A DNA stretch of 64,000 nt from a phage: the NCBI GenBank assembly GCA_012646185.1, contig GCA_012646185.1_4706.1. One strand, written 5' to 3'. The translations under genes and the position numbers were made by a program. Under the pieces are notes generated by a model. The model had not been told where the DNA came from. It was given only the letters and a program-made list of their open reading frames with translations, and did not search any database. This document shows positions 1 through 9,566 of this stretch, piece by piece (within the stretch, counting starts at the first letter, position 1; each line of letters begins with the position of its first letter).

Positions 1-27
1 GGGGAGAAGGGCTATGCGCTATTTAAC

Positions 28-303
28 TTATCTCGAGGTTAACCACGATTCAATTGTGGTGAGGTTGCTTCGCAATACGCGCCAACTAGGGTGTGGTGGG
101 ATCACAGCACCTTGGTCGATTACGGTTAGCTGAGCCTGGTACTTCTGTTTCATACGGGCTACCGTAGCGTTTACCGAAAGGAAAAGCTGGTAACGTTCGT
201 ACGCCGTCAGTACAGCATCCATTTGGATTGCTTCGGTTGCTAAAACGATTTCGCGTAAGTCCTTTGCGTCCATCGGGACAGTAATGAGTTTATAATGACT
301 CAT
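28..303 (-). CDS. hypothetical protein (91 aa)
   Basis: Intact ORF; AAGGA Shine-Dalgarno about 6 nt upstream of ATG at 303; last gene of a minus-strand operon; no recognisable motif. Confidence 0.55.
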   Translation of the reverse strand: MSHYKLITVPMDAKDLREIVLATEAIQMDAVLTAYERYQLFLSVNATVARMKQKYQAQLTVIDQGAVIPPHPSWRVLRSNLTTIESWLTSR

Positions 304-352
304 AGGGTTTCCTTATCAACCAGGGTATCGCGTTAACAATACCCATCGTCAA

Positions 353-2890
353 TTACTGCTCTTCACGTTCCAGCAGATACTCGGAAGCGGTAATACCGTT
401 TACCGTACGTACTGCTTTCAGACGAGTATCATCGCTCAGAATTACAGTAACAGATTGCAGACCTTTTACTTTGGTTTCGAAGGTCTTGAACACCTGATCC
501 AGCATACGAGCAATGCTTGGGTTGGTTGCAGCAGATGCGTGAGTGTAACCGCTCTGGTTCAGCTTCAGAATCTTGGCGTTGGTCGGTACGCGAACAACAA
601 CATGCGGACGCATCGCGAACACGCTGTGATTGAACCAGTAAGCATCGTTGCTATCTTCGTCGGTAACGATGTCTGGATTAACACGCATATCCTCGATAGC
701 CGCATCCGCCAAACGACGTTCGATTTCGTCAGCATCCAGAGAACCATCTTTCTCCAGTTCTGCACGATACTCACTCATGGCAACCAGATGACGTTCACGA
801 TTCGCTGCGGATTTTTCGTGAGCGGCTTTCAGGTAGTCATGCATGTTGTACAGTTCTGCCATGGAAAGACGAATGTTCCACTGACCTTCGCCGTCACGAT
901 TGCAGTAGAGACACTTCAGCATGTTGACCCAGGTATAGTAGCAATTGGAGAATTCATCTTCAATGAACTTCTGGTCCATTTTAAGATCGTGAATCAGCCA
1001 ACCGGACAGTTCTCCGATATCATCAACGAAGCTAGAGATGGTGGTTTCAGAGAAGTTCTTCGGTACGATACGTTTGATCAGCTTGTTAACGTCTTTGGTC
1101 ATGCTATCATTCAGGAAATGCCAGATACGCAGAGGAATGACATCTCGATACTGTTGCATGATCTGACGATAAGCTTTGATATCGTCGCTACGACCTTTAT
1201 CAATAGACAACGCATCCAGGAATTCATGGATTGCATCCAGCTCTTTGTCGGTATAGGTTCCCAGATAGGAATTGACGGTGGCCAGGAATGCTAATGCGTC
1301 GTTTTGGTTGACGTCGGTGTTGGTCTGCTGAATGATCGCTACTGAAGCTTTGGTTTCAGCATCCTCAACGCTTGACGCTGCGATCGCGTCGGTGACGGTA
1401 AACAGTTTCATTTCGCGCTGCTCACCGACAACGATTGGCTCACGCTGAACCGGCTTGTTAAGACTAACACGAACAACTTCTGCTTGCGCGATACGATCCA
1501 GTTTTGCCATTTCCTGCTCTGCCATACGACGAGCGGTTGGATCTGATTCAAGTTCGATGTATTCCACTTCTTCCTCCGTGAGGGATGTAATGTCAACAAT
1601 GGTTTCATGAAGAATTCCGTTTTCGTCGATACGTGCTCGACGAGCGAAGTGCCTGAAGTCATACAACGTCGGCCAACGACTATTAGGTGCAAAGTCTTTG
1701 GCTTTCAGACGCATCTGCATAAATTCTTCATGTTGAACAACACGACCGTAACGCTTAGCATCTTCGGTCGCATCAATTGGATTAACGGTCTTTGTTGCCG
1801 TAGCGGAACGAGCCGTACGAACCGGTTCAGGTTGAACGGGTTTCTGCTGCCCAGCCTTAACATGCCATTCTGGCTCTTCGTACTGCTCAGCAAATTGCTC
1901 AGCGGCTGCAAAGATATCGTTGATACCACCAATATCTCCTTCAGGATTTGTCGAGTAAATCCGTGGTTGTGGTGCCTCGTAACGCGGCGCTGTAGCAGCA
2001 GGTGCGTCATCAACGATAGGATCGTCATCACCAACATCATACAAACGGTTGAACGCACAATCCTTCGAATCAATGTACGATGGCGTTTGTGGTTGGACAA
2101 CCGTCGGCCGAGGTTGTGTGCCGTATCCTGGTGTTGTTGGAGCCATACCACGCATAACTGCTGGGTTAGGTTGGTATTGTGGTTGCGGGTAGGTTCCACC
2201 ATACATGGCGTACGCAGGCTGTTGCGGTTGACCATACCCGTTGCTAACCATCGCACTTGCTTGCGGACCACGATAAGTCATCCCCATCTGCATCACCTGC
2301 TGCTTCAAACCACGTGACTTCTGAGCGATTTGCGCTAGGCTTCCGCTTTTATTCAGCTGCGTGTACTTGTTCGCGGCTTCCGGGTTAATGCGTGATAATT
2401 CAATCGCGCGATAATATTCCGGGTACTGATTCGGTTCAAAGAGCCACGTTACAAGATGATACAGCGCAACTGTGCTCACAGCAGCAGAGACGATCTGGTC
2501 GTCGGACGCGTTCTGTGGCATCGGGTTGATGTAAGAGAACACGTTCCAACAACAGTCTTCAACAAGCGATTCCATCATCATATCGTTATTGGTATAACGT
2601 GCGACGAACTCGGTTTGTATTTTGTCTTGCTGAGCGAAGTCTTTCAGGACATTAAAGATGGCTTGACGGATTTTGACGATCGTCGCTTCTTGGGTGATGA
2701 AGTTATAGTTCTGCTGATATGAGGGTTGTTGGTATTGTGGTGGTTGATAGGCGTTATTCGGGTATGCGCCGTACGGCGATTGCTGATACTGTTGCTGACG
2801 AACCCGTTCAGCCGCATAATTAACCGTGCTCGTATAGGGGTTTTCGCTATAGCCCATTTGTTGATACATGTTGTTACTGCCATTATACAT
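353..2890 (-). CDS. large protein (845 aa) with Q/Y/P-rich low-complexity N-terminal regions; function unknown
   Basis: Long ORF; N-terminus and residues about 215-270 are runs of Q, Y, P, G (e.g. QQYQQSPYGAYPNNAYQPPQYQQPSYQQNY); AAGGA upstream of ATG; antisense ORFs 455..1294 and 1607..2317 are nested inside it. Confidence 0.8.
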   Translation of the reverse strand: MYNGSNNMYQQMGYSENPYTSTVNYAAERVRQQQYQQSPYGAYPNNAYQPPQYQQPSYQQNYNFITQEATIVKIRQAIFNVLKDFAQQDKIQTEFVARYTNNDMMMESLVEDCCWNVFSYINPMPQNASDDQIVSAAVSTVALYHLVTWLFEPNQYPEYYRAIELSRINPEAANKYTQLNKSGSLAQIAQKSRGLKQQVMQMGMTYRGPQASAMVSNGYGQPQQPAYAMYGGTYPQPQYQPNPAVMRGMAPTTPGYGTQPRPTVVQPQTPSYIDSKDCAFNRLYDVGDDDPIVDDAPAATAPRYEAPQPRIYSTNPEGDIGGINDIFAAAEQFAEQYEEPEWHVKAGQQKPVQPEPVRTARSATATKTVNPIDATEDAKRYGRVVQHEEFMQMRLKAKDFAPNSRWPTLYDFRHFARRARIDENGILHETIVDITSLTEEEVEYIELESDPTARRMAEQEMAKLDRIAQAEVVRVSLNKPVQREPIVVGEQREMKLFTVTDAIAASSVEDAETKASVAIIQQTNTDVNQNDALAFLATVNSYLGTYTDKELDAIHEFLDALSIDKGRSDDIKAYRQIMQQYRDVIPLRIWHFLNDSMTKDVNKLIKRIVPKNFSETTISSFVDDIGELSGWLIHDLKMDQKFIEDEFSNCYYTWVNMLKCLYCNRDGEGQWNIRLSMAELYNMHDYLKAAHEKSAANRERHLVAMSEYRAELEKDGSLDADEIERRLADAAIEDMRVNPDIVTDEDSNDAYWFNHSVFAMRPHVVVRVPTNAKILKLNQSGYTHASAATNPSIARMLDQVFKTFETKVKGLQSVTVILSDDTRLKAVRTVNGITASEYLLEREEQ

Positions 2891-2924
2891 TTCTTACGAT
2901 CCTTTTTATTTATTCGGTTATGTG

Positions 2925-4721
2925 TCAATCGATTATGTCGTGATCGTTAATTTCTACAATTTCTTCATCGAATCGACCGACGTCTTTCTTCAAGCCTGCA
3001 TTGGTTGCTGCAACGTCATTTGCAATTTGTGGGGTAATGATTAACCGACCGCGCTCATCGATAGGTGCGTACATACTGAACTTCTGACGTCCGGTTGGTT
3101 CGGAGTGTGGAAGATTCAGATAGCTTGCACAGAACGGGATGGAACCACTAACCAAACGACTCTCGTCAGCCAATGCAGCACCGCCTGCGTTTTGGCTCTG
3201 GAGAACAACATGCGTGCTCACTTTGAACAGCATGCAATCACCAGGTGACTGAATCGATGTTGCCACTTTCTCACGTTTATCACGATTGCTCTGGATATTG
3301 AGAATCGCTTCCGTTGCAACTTGATTTCGCAACGCCTTCTGTACATCGCGATTGGTCATCTCTTTACGGTTGTTCTGTCGTTTACCACGTTCTGTGGTTT
3401 TAAGATGGAACCCCAGTTTAAAGATGCTCTTACGCACATCCTCCATGACATATTCCAACACCATCAATTCCTTACCGAACATCGTCGTGGTGTCAACACG
3501 ACTCATTTCGATAGTGACATTGTCAATCAGATACGCCATAAATTCATAGAAGTCGTCGCAAGGAATATTTTCCTGTTTGAACTTCTTCTGCTGAATTTCG
3601 TCAACGTAAAGATCGAGACTGTCGATGTGGTGGTTTACATCACGCAACAAACGCGCATCCGCATTGTTGTTATTAAAGATAATCAAACCGAGTAATGTAC
3701 GCCAATGGTCTGGCGCATTCGCGAACTCTTCAACCGGATAGTCTTCCGGAAAACGATCGTAATAACGGTCGATGAGATACAAGAATGCACCGACAAGGCC
3801 AAGAACAATACGTTCCGTGCCTCCACGTCTTACAGCAATTTGAATATCAGGATGTTTGTAACGTACAGCGCTAGCGCTACGGCTTTTACCGCTTTTGCTG
3901 ATACTAAAGCCTTTAGGAATAACCCCCATGGTGCGATAGATTACCCATTGGTCACGCGGAAAATCACGTTCAGCAAGGTTCCGTCCGGTTACGGCTTCGA
4001 CACCTGCAAAACGTCGGAAACACTCACCCACCCCGTACTTCGCAAAGAGATAGTGACCCAGTGTGGTTACGCTGGTGTGGTTGATGTTGTCACCGTTCAC
4101 TTTACTTTGTTTAGTAAGATGATAGATTTGCGACCAGGGTAATGACAGGTAATGACGATAATCGATACCGGTCGGTGTATCGTTGCTCAGGAACTGATAC
4201 GGTGTACGTTTAACCGTGATTTTGTCACGCGGAAGCATGATGAACGCCATGTCTTTCGTGTAACTGATTACGGGGTCAGCGAGTACCGCACTGAGAATGA
4301 AGTTCGCACCACGTAGACGCATTTTACCACCCTGACCTACCGCGGGTAATAGGAGAGGATGTCGGATAATGCAGTAGTCCTTTCCGGGTTCACGACGGTC
4401 ACCTGATTCCATCGCGCCGTACCAGCGGAATTCTAGCATCACCATAAACACATCGGAAGGCGCAAGGTCGAAGGTCAGCTTACCGCTATCCTTCCCTTTG
4501 GTTTTCTTTCCTCCGCTTAAGTAGTGGAACTGTTCGCGGGCCATACAGCGACGCAGGCCATGATACACCAGATCCTTAGGTAAACTATCTTTGCTGTTCC
4601 GCCAAAGACGATCAACATAGGACTCAACATCTTGCATCTTATCGACGACGATGTTGCGTGCTATCTTCTCGTTCATCTTCGGTGCAAGCTCAGCGACAGC
4701 TTTGCAGAATCTAGGATCCAT
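2925..4721 (-). CDS. hypothetical protein (about 598 aa)
   Basis: Long ORF; start moved to ATG at 4719-4721 preceded by AAAGGAG at 6 nt (the ORF-track start at 4724 is a GTG one codon upstream); no catalytic motif recognised. Confidence 0.75.
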   Translation of the reverse strand: MDPRFCKAVAELAPKMNEKIARNIVVDKMQDVESYVDRLWRNSKDSLPKDLVYHGLRRCMAREQFHYLSGGKKTKGKDSGKLTFDLAPSDVFMVMLEFRWYGAMESGDRREPGKDYCIIRHPLLLPAVGQGGKMRLRGANFILSAVLADPVISYTKDMAFIMLPRDKITVKRTPYQFLSNDTPTGIDYRHYLSLPWSQIYHLTKQSKVNGDNINHTSVTTLGHYLFAKYGVGECFRRFAGVEAVTGRNLAERDFPRDQWVIYRTMGVIPKGFSISKSGKSRSASAVRYKHPDIQIAVRRGGTERIVLGLVGAFLYLIDRYYDRFPEDYPVEEFANAPDHWRTLLGLIIFNNNNADARLLRDVNHHIDSLDLYVDEIQQKKFKQENIPCDDFYEFMAYLIDNVTIEMSRVDTTTMFGKELMVLEYVMEDVRKSIFKLGFHLKTTERGKRQNNRKEMTNRDVQKALRNQVATEAILNIQSNRDKREKVATSIQSPGDCMLFKVSTHVVLQSQNAGGAALADESRLVSGSIPFCASYLNLPHSEPTGRQKFSMYAPIDERGRLIITPQIANDVAATNAGLKKDVGRFDEEIVEINDHDIID

Positions 4722-4760
4722 CACACACTCCTTTCAGAAAGTTGCTTAAGCAGATTAAAG

Positions 4761-6197
4761 TTACTTTTTCGATGACGCCTTTTCAAGAATCTTGAAAAAG
4801 GTCATACCTATACCGACAACGGCCGCGGTTATGCTCGCAGCGGCTTTCCAAACATCGACGTTACGTTGACGTCGCGCTTCTTCCGCTTCACGTTGTCTTT
4901 TTGCCTCTTCATCACGTCGACGTATCTCAGCAGCAAACTCGTCGTGCTTACGTTTGGCTTCTTCGTCTCGACGACGAAGTTCAGCGACGAATTCTTCATG
5001 TTTGCGTTTAGCCTCGTCATCACGACGTTTTAAATCAGCTTGATAATCTTCGTGTATTTGTTTACGTAGATCATCTTGACGCTTCATTTCGGCTTGGTGT
5101 TGTTCCATCCTACGTTTTTGTTCGTCTTTAAGCTGATCGAGTTCGGCTTTATGTTGTTCATCGCGCAGCTTTGCGTCGGCGCGATGCGCCTCATGCATCT
5201 GTGCGATAACTGCCTTGTGTTCATCCGCCATACGCCGCATTTCAGCCATCACCCCTTTAAGGGTTTCTTCTGATGCCTTACGTTCGTAGCTACGCTGGTC
5301 GAAATCATTTTTGTAGGCTTCTTTTTGGATGGGGTCGCGCCAATGCAATGCCGATTCACGTGTCGGAAAAACATTGTACTTCCACATCTCTTTTTCCAAA
5401 TCTTCGACCGGTACGAAGATGGAGTCATTATTCCCGAAGGTAACCAACATACCTGGCGCGCCTGCTCCATTCGTTGGTTTTATTTCGAACGCTTTCCCCA
5501 GCACGTTAACCCATAAGCTATACGGATTATGAAAGTCGGGTGGCGTCCAATGGATAGTGAGTTGCGTTCCGAGAATCCGGAAACCCTCTGTTTTTCCCGT
5601 CAAGCTCCGCGCGCACGTTGCGATGTAGGGGTGATCAATCCCTTTCGTAACGTGGTCTGCGCTTTTGTATTCTCCTTTAACTTTTACGATTGCCACGTTG
5701 ATTTGCGCGACATAAGCAGGTTGATTAAAGTTCAGCGTGTTGAGGTCAATTTGACATATTTCATCCAGCGTATCGTACCAGTCTTGCTGGTCTAATAGAC
5801 GCGGCATTTTCTCAGCGTTAACAATACGACGGATATGCGGTTTCCTTATCGCGTAACCTGTGCCGTTTTTAACACGGAGTATATCCCGACGTCTACCCGC
5901 GTAGACGAAGTTTCTGAATGCACCATTCGCATTAGATACGTCATGGCTGTCAACTATTACAGGACTACGAAATTTTGAACGTCGTACGATCCTGAATGTA
6001 TTGCCGTCCTCAACCCTACCAGGAATGTACTGGAACATATTGTCGGAGGTGATAACCAACACGGTATGGCCAGATTCATTAATACATGCCCATCCTAATT
6101 CCAGGTCATATAACGGTTCAGCATAACCGTCAATGCGATAAGCGTGCGTACCATCCCACGGTTCGAACGCGGTATCACATATTGGCATGGAGGGCAT
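4761..6197 (-). CDS. tail-anchored membrane protein with globular N-domain and long E/K/R-rich helical repeat region
   Basis: ORF with GGAGG 6 nt upstream of ATG at 6195-6197; C-terminal hydrophobic segment AAASITAAVVGIGMTFFKIL; preceding region is charged 17-aa repeats (RRDEEAKRKH[DE]EF.AE[IL]). Confidence 0.8.
   Translation of the reverse strand: MPSMPICDTAFEPWDGTHAYRIDGYAEPLYDLELGWACINESGHTVLVITSDNMFQYIPGRVEDGNTFRIVRRSKFRSPVIVDSHDVSNANGAFRNFVYAGRRRDILRVKNGTGYAIRKPHIRRIVNAEKMPRLLDQQDWYDTLDEICQIDLNTLNFNQPAYVAQINVAIVKVKGEYKSADHVTKGIDHPYIATCARSLTGKTEGFRILGTQLTIHWTPPDFHNPYSLWVNVLGKAFEIKPTNGAGAPGMLVTFGNNDSIFVPVEDLEKEMWKYNVFPTRESALHWRDPIQKEAYKNDFDQRSYERKASEETLKGVMAEMRRMADEHKAVIAQMHEAHRADAKLRDEQHKAELDQLKDEQKRRMEQHQAEMKRQDDLRKQIHEDYQADLKRRDDEAKRKHEEFVAELRRRDEEAKRKHDEFAAEIRRRDEEAKRQREAEEARRQRNVDVWKAAASITAAVVGIGMTFFKILEKASSKK
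4850..5030. repeat. imperfect about 51-bp tandem repeat inside CDS 4761..6197
   Basis: Two to three adjacent copies of a unit encoding RRDEEAKRKH-EF-AE; visible as repeated cgacgacgaagttcagcgacgaattcttcatgtttgcgtt-like blocks. Confidence 0.6.
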
Positions 6198-6346
6198 CGT
6201 CAACCTCCATCTGATTGAAAACTATCACGCATAATGCATTTCCCTTTTCTTGTTCTTATCGAGCCGACAGCCGACGGTTTCAGCATCGTTCCTAGCGCGA
6301 GAACGACCTTACGTGTTGTCTATGCCTTATTCATCGCAGGCGTCTG

Positions 6347-6405
6347 TCACCTAGGTAATGTAAGCGTCAAATTTTTTCTATTCGCAACAATAAACGGCAT
6401 AGAAA
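6347..6405 (-). promoter_or_regulatory. conserved intergenic element, copy B (promoter or 5' leader candidate)
   Basis: Shares CACCTAGGTAATGTA...GCATAGAA core with copies at 12829..12888 and 51485..51545; lies between the hairpin after the 740-aa gene and the next minus-strand gene. Confidence 0.4.
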
Positions 6406-6435
6406 CCTCCCCCAACCCTTACGGGCTGAGGGAGG
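6406..6435. terminator. GC-rich hairpin downstream of 6535..8757 (intrinsic terminator candidate)
   Basis: CCTCCC...GGGAGG outer stem with inner CCC/GGG stem and 4-nt loop; member of the recurring intergenic hairpin family. Confidence 0.55.
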
Positions 6436-6534
6436 CTGACTTATGTATCACGGTGCCGGATGAATGTCCGGTGCAATGAAACCATCCGCAACGTTGTCGT
6501 CAAGAATATCGTCCAACGAAGCAGCTACGGTAGT

Positions 6535-8757
6535 TCAGTTAGTCTGAACCGGCAGCTTGATGTTTTCAGTGTAGACCTTACGCAGGTTCACAACGTTAAT
6601 CAGACCCAGCAGCGGGCAGTTGTTAACGAAGCGGCAGCGCGGCTGAACCATGGTTTCTTTAGAAACCTGACCGTTACGGGTAACCTGAGCAACAGATACC
6701 AGTTCCGGTACATACAGGAACATACCGAAGGTCAGCGGATCCGGAGAACCCTGGATACCACGAGACAGGGTCACGAAGATCTTATCGCGCAGCATGACGT
6801 TCGGGTTATCTACAACCACGAAGTTGAAGCTTACACCAACGGTACGGAAATCGCCATCGGTCTGCAGGAACTGCGGGATGTAGTTGTCAGTTGCTACTAC
6901 GCAACGCGGTTTCTCATCAGCGTTGGAAGACAGCAGCTGCAGAGCTGGCTGATAACCAGACTCGGAGTACATGCGGTATGCCATCTCACGAATCACGTTC
7001 ATGATCGCAGCAGACACTTCAGCACGACGTTCTGCAGTGGTGGTACCCTGAACAGATTTCTCCAGGTCCAGATTGATTTCTTCGAACCACGGACGGATCA
7101 GGTAACGACCGAAACCTTCGATCTGGATGTCGCCGAACTGACGGAAGCGAGAGGTCGCAACCGCTTTCAGTGCGTCTTTGTAGCTGAACAGTTTCTCAAC
7201 CATCAGGTTGTCGAAACGTGCGTTAGCAGCTTGGATCAGAACGTCCAGGTCAGCAGCGTTTTCTTCCCAATCCAGCGGACGAGGAATGGAGAACGGAGCC
7301 AGCAGGCCGATTGCGTAACGTTCTTGCTTCATGTTGAAGTCAAGGTGCTTACCGCGCTCACGACGGTTGCTGTTGTTACGGCGGATACGCAGTTCGTAAC
7401 CAACCAGTTTGAAGCTCAGGTCTTCAGCCAGCTGTTTGAACTCTTCGCCCTTACGCGGTTGTTCGATGTTGTCACGATCGACCAGACGATACAGTTCAGC
7501 GTTAGCGCCGTTAACACGCAGACCGGCTTTCTCTACGTTGGAAGAACCGTAAACTTCGATTGCCAGCTGAGCAGCGGATTTCGAATCGATGATGTCCTGC
7601 AGCGCTTCAGCTCGTGCACCTTTAACGTCAACGGTGTTCTCATCAACGAAGATGGAGTGGGTGTCGAACGCCAGGGTCATTTTGCGGAAGTCGCCTTCCA
7701 GGGATTTCTGGAAACCGTTGGTGATCAGACCAGATACGTCGAACGGTACGTAAGAGGTTTTGCTGTGCTTGGTAGATTTGATTTCCACCAGGATTTTGGT
7801 CAGCGTGATCTGGGCGTCCAGCGCGTCGGTGTTGTCGCTGTAACCGTTAGCCAGGATGCTATCGTCTTCAGCGATACCGATCATGTCGATCAGTTTATCA
7901 ACAGCCAGGTAAGACGTTTTATAAGTTACGCCTTTAATTTCGATGTCGCGCGGAGCAACGATAGCTTTGTCAACGAAGTACTGTGCGTTAGCATCGTCAG
8001 CACGATAGATCGGATGCAGATCGGTCACGTCGTTGGACAGAACGTCGTTGTACATGAACGCATCCAGCAGCGGACGACGTACCCAATCAGCCGGAGTACC
8101 GTCAGCGTTACGACGCAGGTGGTTGAACACCAGCGGACGACGGAAAGATACGTCGTAACCGATCTGGTTCGGAGCCAGAACGATGGTGTTGTACAGTTCG
8201 TTACCCATGCGGCTCAGACGAGAAGCCTTCACGTTGAACACAACGGAGTACGGCATCATGTCACGCAGTTCTTTCTGGTCGTAGGACAGCTGAACCAGTT
8301 CTTCAGATTCGCAACCGCAGGAATCAGCAGCCATCATGACGAAGTTAGAGCTGTCAACTTCACGGCCAGACGGAGTGGTGCTGATGTTCATGGAACGTGC
8401 TTGTTTAGCATATTCCACCGGGTTACCATGAGCCAGCATGATCAGTGCTGCTGCACGAGCCTGCTGTGCGTTCATGGTGAACAGCTGTTCTTCAATACGC
8501 TGCTTCTCTTCCGGAGTGGTGGTTTCGAAGCCCAGCATGGACAGAACCGGTTCTTCGGCTTTACGGATGTCGCTGCTGAAGCTCTTAACATCCATTTCGT
8601 TAACCAGTTTGTCCATGGATTTGAAATCAACCTTAGAAGCAGATTCCATAGACAGGAAGGTGTTCTCCAGACCTTTGTCTGCTGGTTTGCTACCATTAGC
8701 GGTCAGGAACTGGCGAGTGGCCGCGACCTGTTGGCTAAGAAGGGTTTTATCATTCAT
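6535..8757 (-). CDS. major virion structural protein, tentatively major capsid protein (740 aa)
   Basis: Strongest codon bias in the window (its antisense strand is stop-free for about 2.3 kb, ORF 6460..8760); AAAGGA 8 nt upstream of ATG; followed by hairpin; size fits jumbo-phage capsid proteins but no motif confirms the fold, and a tail sheath protein is an alternative. Confidence 0.45.
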   Translation of the reverse strand: MNDKTLLSQQVAATRQFLTANGSKPADKGLENTFLSMESASKVDFKSMDKLVNEMDVKSFSSDIRKAEEPVLSMLGFETTTPEEKQRIEEQLFTMNAQQARAAALIMLAHGNPVEYAKQARSMNISTTPSGREVDSSNFVMMAADSCGCESEELVQLSYDQKELRDMMPYSVVFNVKASRLSRMGNELYNTIVLAPNQIGYDVSFRRPLVFNHLRRNADGTPADWVRRPLLDAFMYNDVLSNDVTDLHPIYRADDANAQYFVDKAIVAPRDIEIKGVTYKTSYLAVDKLIDMIGIAEDDSILANGYSDNTDALDAQITLTKILVEIKSTKHSKTSYVPFDVSGLITNGFQKSLEGDFRKMTLAFDTHSIFVDENTVDVKGARAEALQDIIDSKSAAQLAIEVYGSSNVEKAGLRVNGANAELYRLVDRDNIEQPRKGEEFKQLAEDLSFKLVGYELRIRRNNSNRRERGKHLDFNMKQERYAIGLLAPFSIPRPLDWEENAADLDVLIQAANARFDNLMVEKLFSYKDALKAVATSRFRQFGDIQIEGFGRYLIRPWFEEINLDLEKSVQGTTTAERRAEVSAAIMNVIREMAYRMYSESGYQPALQLLSSNADEKPRCVVATDNYIPQFLQTDGDFRTVGVSFNFVVVDNPNVMLRDKIFVTLSRGIQGSPDPLTFGMFLYVPELVSVAQVTRNGQVSKETMVQPRCRFVNNCPLLGLINVVNLRKVYTENIKLPVQTN

Positions 8758-8906
8758 TGAAAGTATCCTTTACAGAATTAACTTATATAAGTCGGTCGAT
8801 AGACCATAGCGTACACGCGTGCATGCGCCACTATAGTATCAGTAAACACTTACCGTTATTGAGGTCGTGATACAACACTAAAAATGCCGCATAACTTTTC
8901 CCTACG

Positions 8907-9527
8907 TCACAAACGACGCAGGCGATAATGGATGGAACGATTGGTGCAATATGAACGGAACAGCGGCAATTGCGCAACTTCCGCAAGACTCATATTAATT
9001 CGCAGGTGTTCAATAACGGCGCTGTAGTTATCAGCAATACGATCGCTCAATAACTCTTCTGCCAATAAAGGAAGACAATCGACAACAATCGCGATCACAT
9101 CCTCATTAACATAACGCACCCGAACACTCAGCGGACGTTTGTCTGGGCTGTAAGTTGGATCCGCCAAACGACGTTCAATATCACGCGGATAGCTCGTCAG
9201 TAAATGGTAATAACCATTGTCATAACGATTGATGTACTCACACAGCACATCAACATTCTTCTCTGGCGGCAAACCTGTTTCGTCATAGTGATACGCAAAC
9301 ATACCACCAAGCAGGTTGTTAAGATGAACCGCAGGGTTCGCTTGTTCGTGTTCTTTCGTGATGAAGAAAGGCACGTTCTGGGCTGCGAAATAAAAACCTA
9401 CATCATTGGGCGATAGTATGCCGAAAAGACTTTTAGGGTCTAATAACACCTGTAAGTCATCACGCGCATTTCGAATAATCGCGTGTTCTACCCAATTCGG
9501 AACGACGAGATATCGGAGTTCCTTCAT
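8907..9527 (-). CDS. hypothetical protein (206 aa)
   Basis: ORF with AAGAGGTAA upstream of ATG at 9525-9527; divergent from 9567..11177. Confidence 0.7.
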   Translation of the reverse strand: MKELRYLVVPNWVEHAIIRNARDDLQVLLDPKSLFGILSPNDVGFYFAAQNVPFFITKEHEQANPAVHLNNLLGGMFAYHYDETGLPPEKNVDVLCEYINRYDNGYYHLLTSYPRDIERRLADPTYSPDKRPLSVRVRYVNEDVIAIVVDCLPLLAEELLSDRIADNYSAVIEHLRINMSLAEVAQLPLFRSYCTNRSIHYRLRRL

Positions 9528-9566
9528 TATGATTACCTCTTTGCAAGTATCGAAAGGATTGAGTCG

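Noticed and set aside
6460-8760. 766-aa plus-strand ORF antisense to the 740-aa structural gene, and similar nested antisense ORFs (455..1294, 1607..2317, 27062..27514, 27707..28234)
   Set aside because: Translations are V/R/Q/F/H-rich nonsense with no start context; they are stop-free only because the sense gene avoids TTA, CTA and TCA codons
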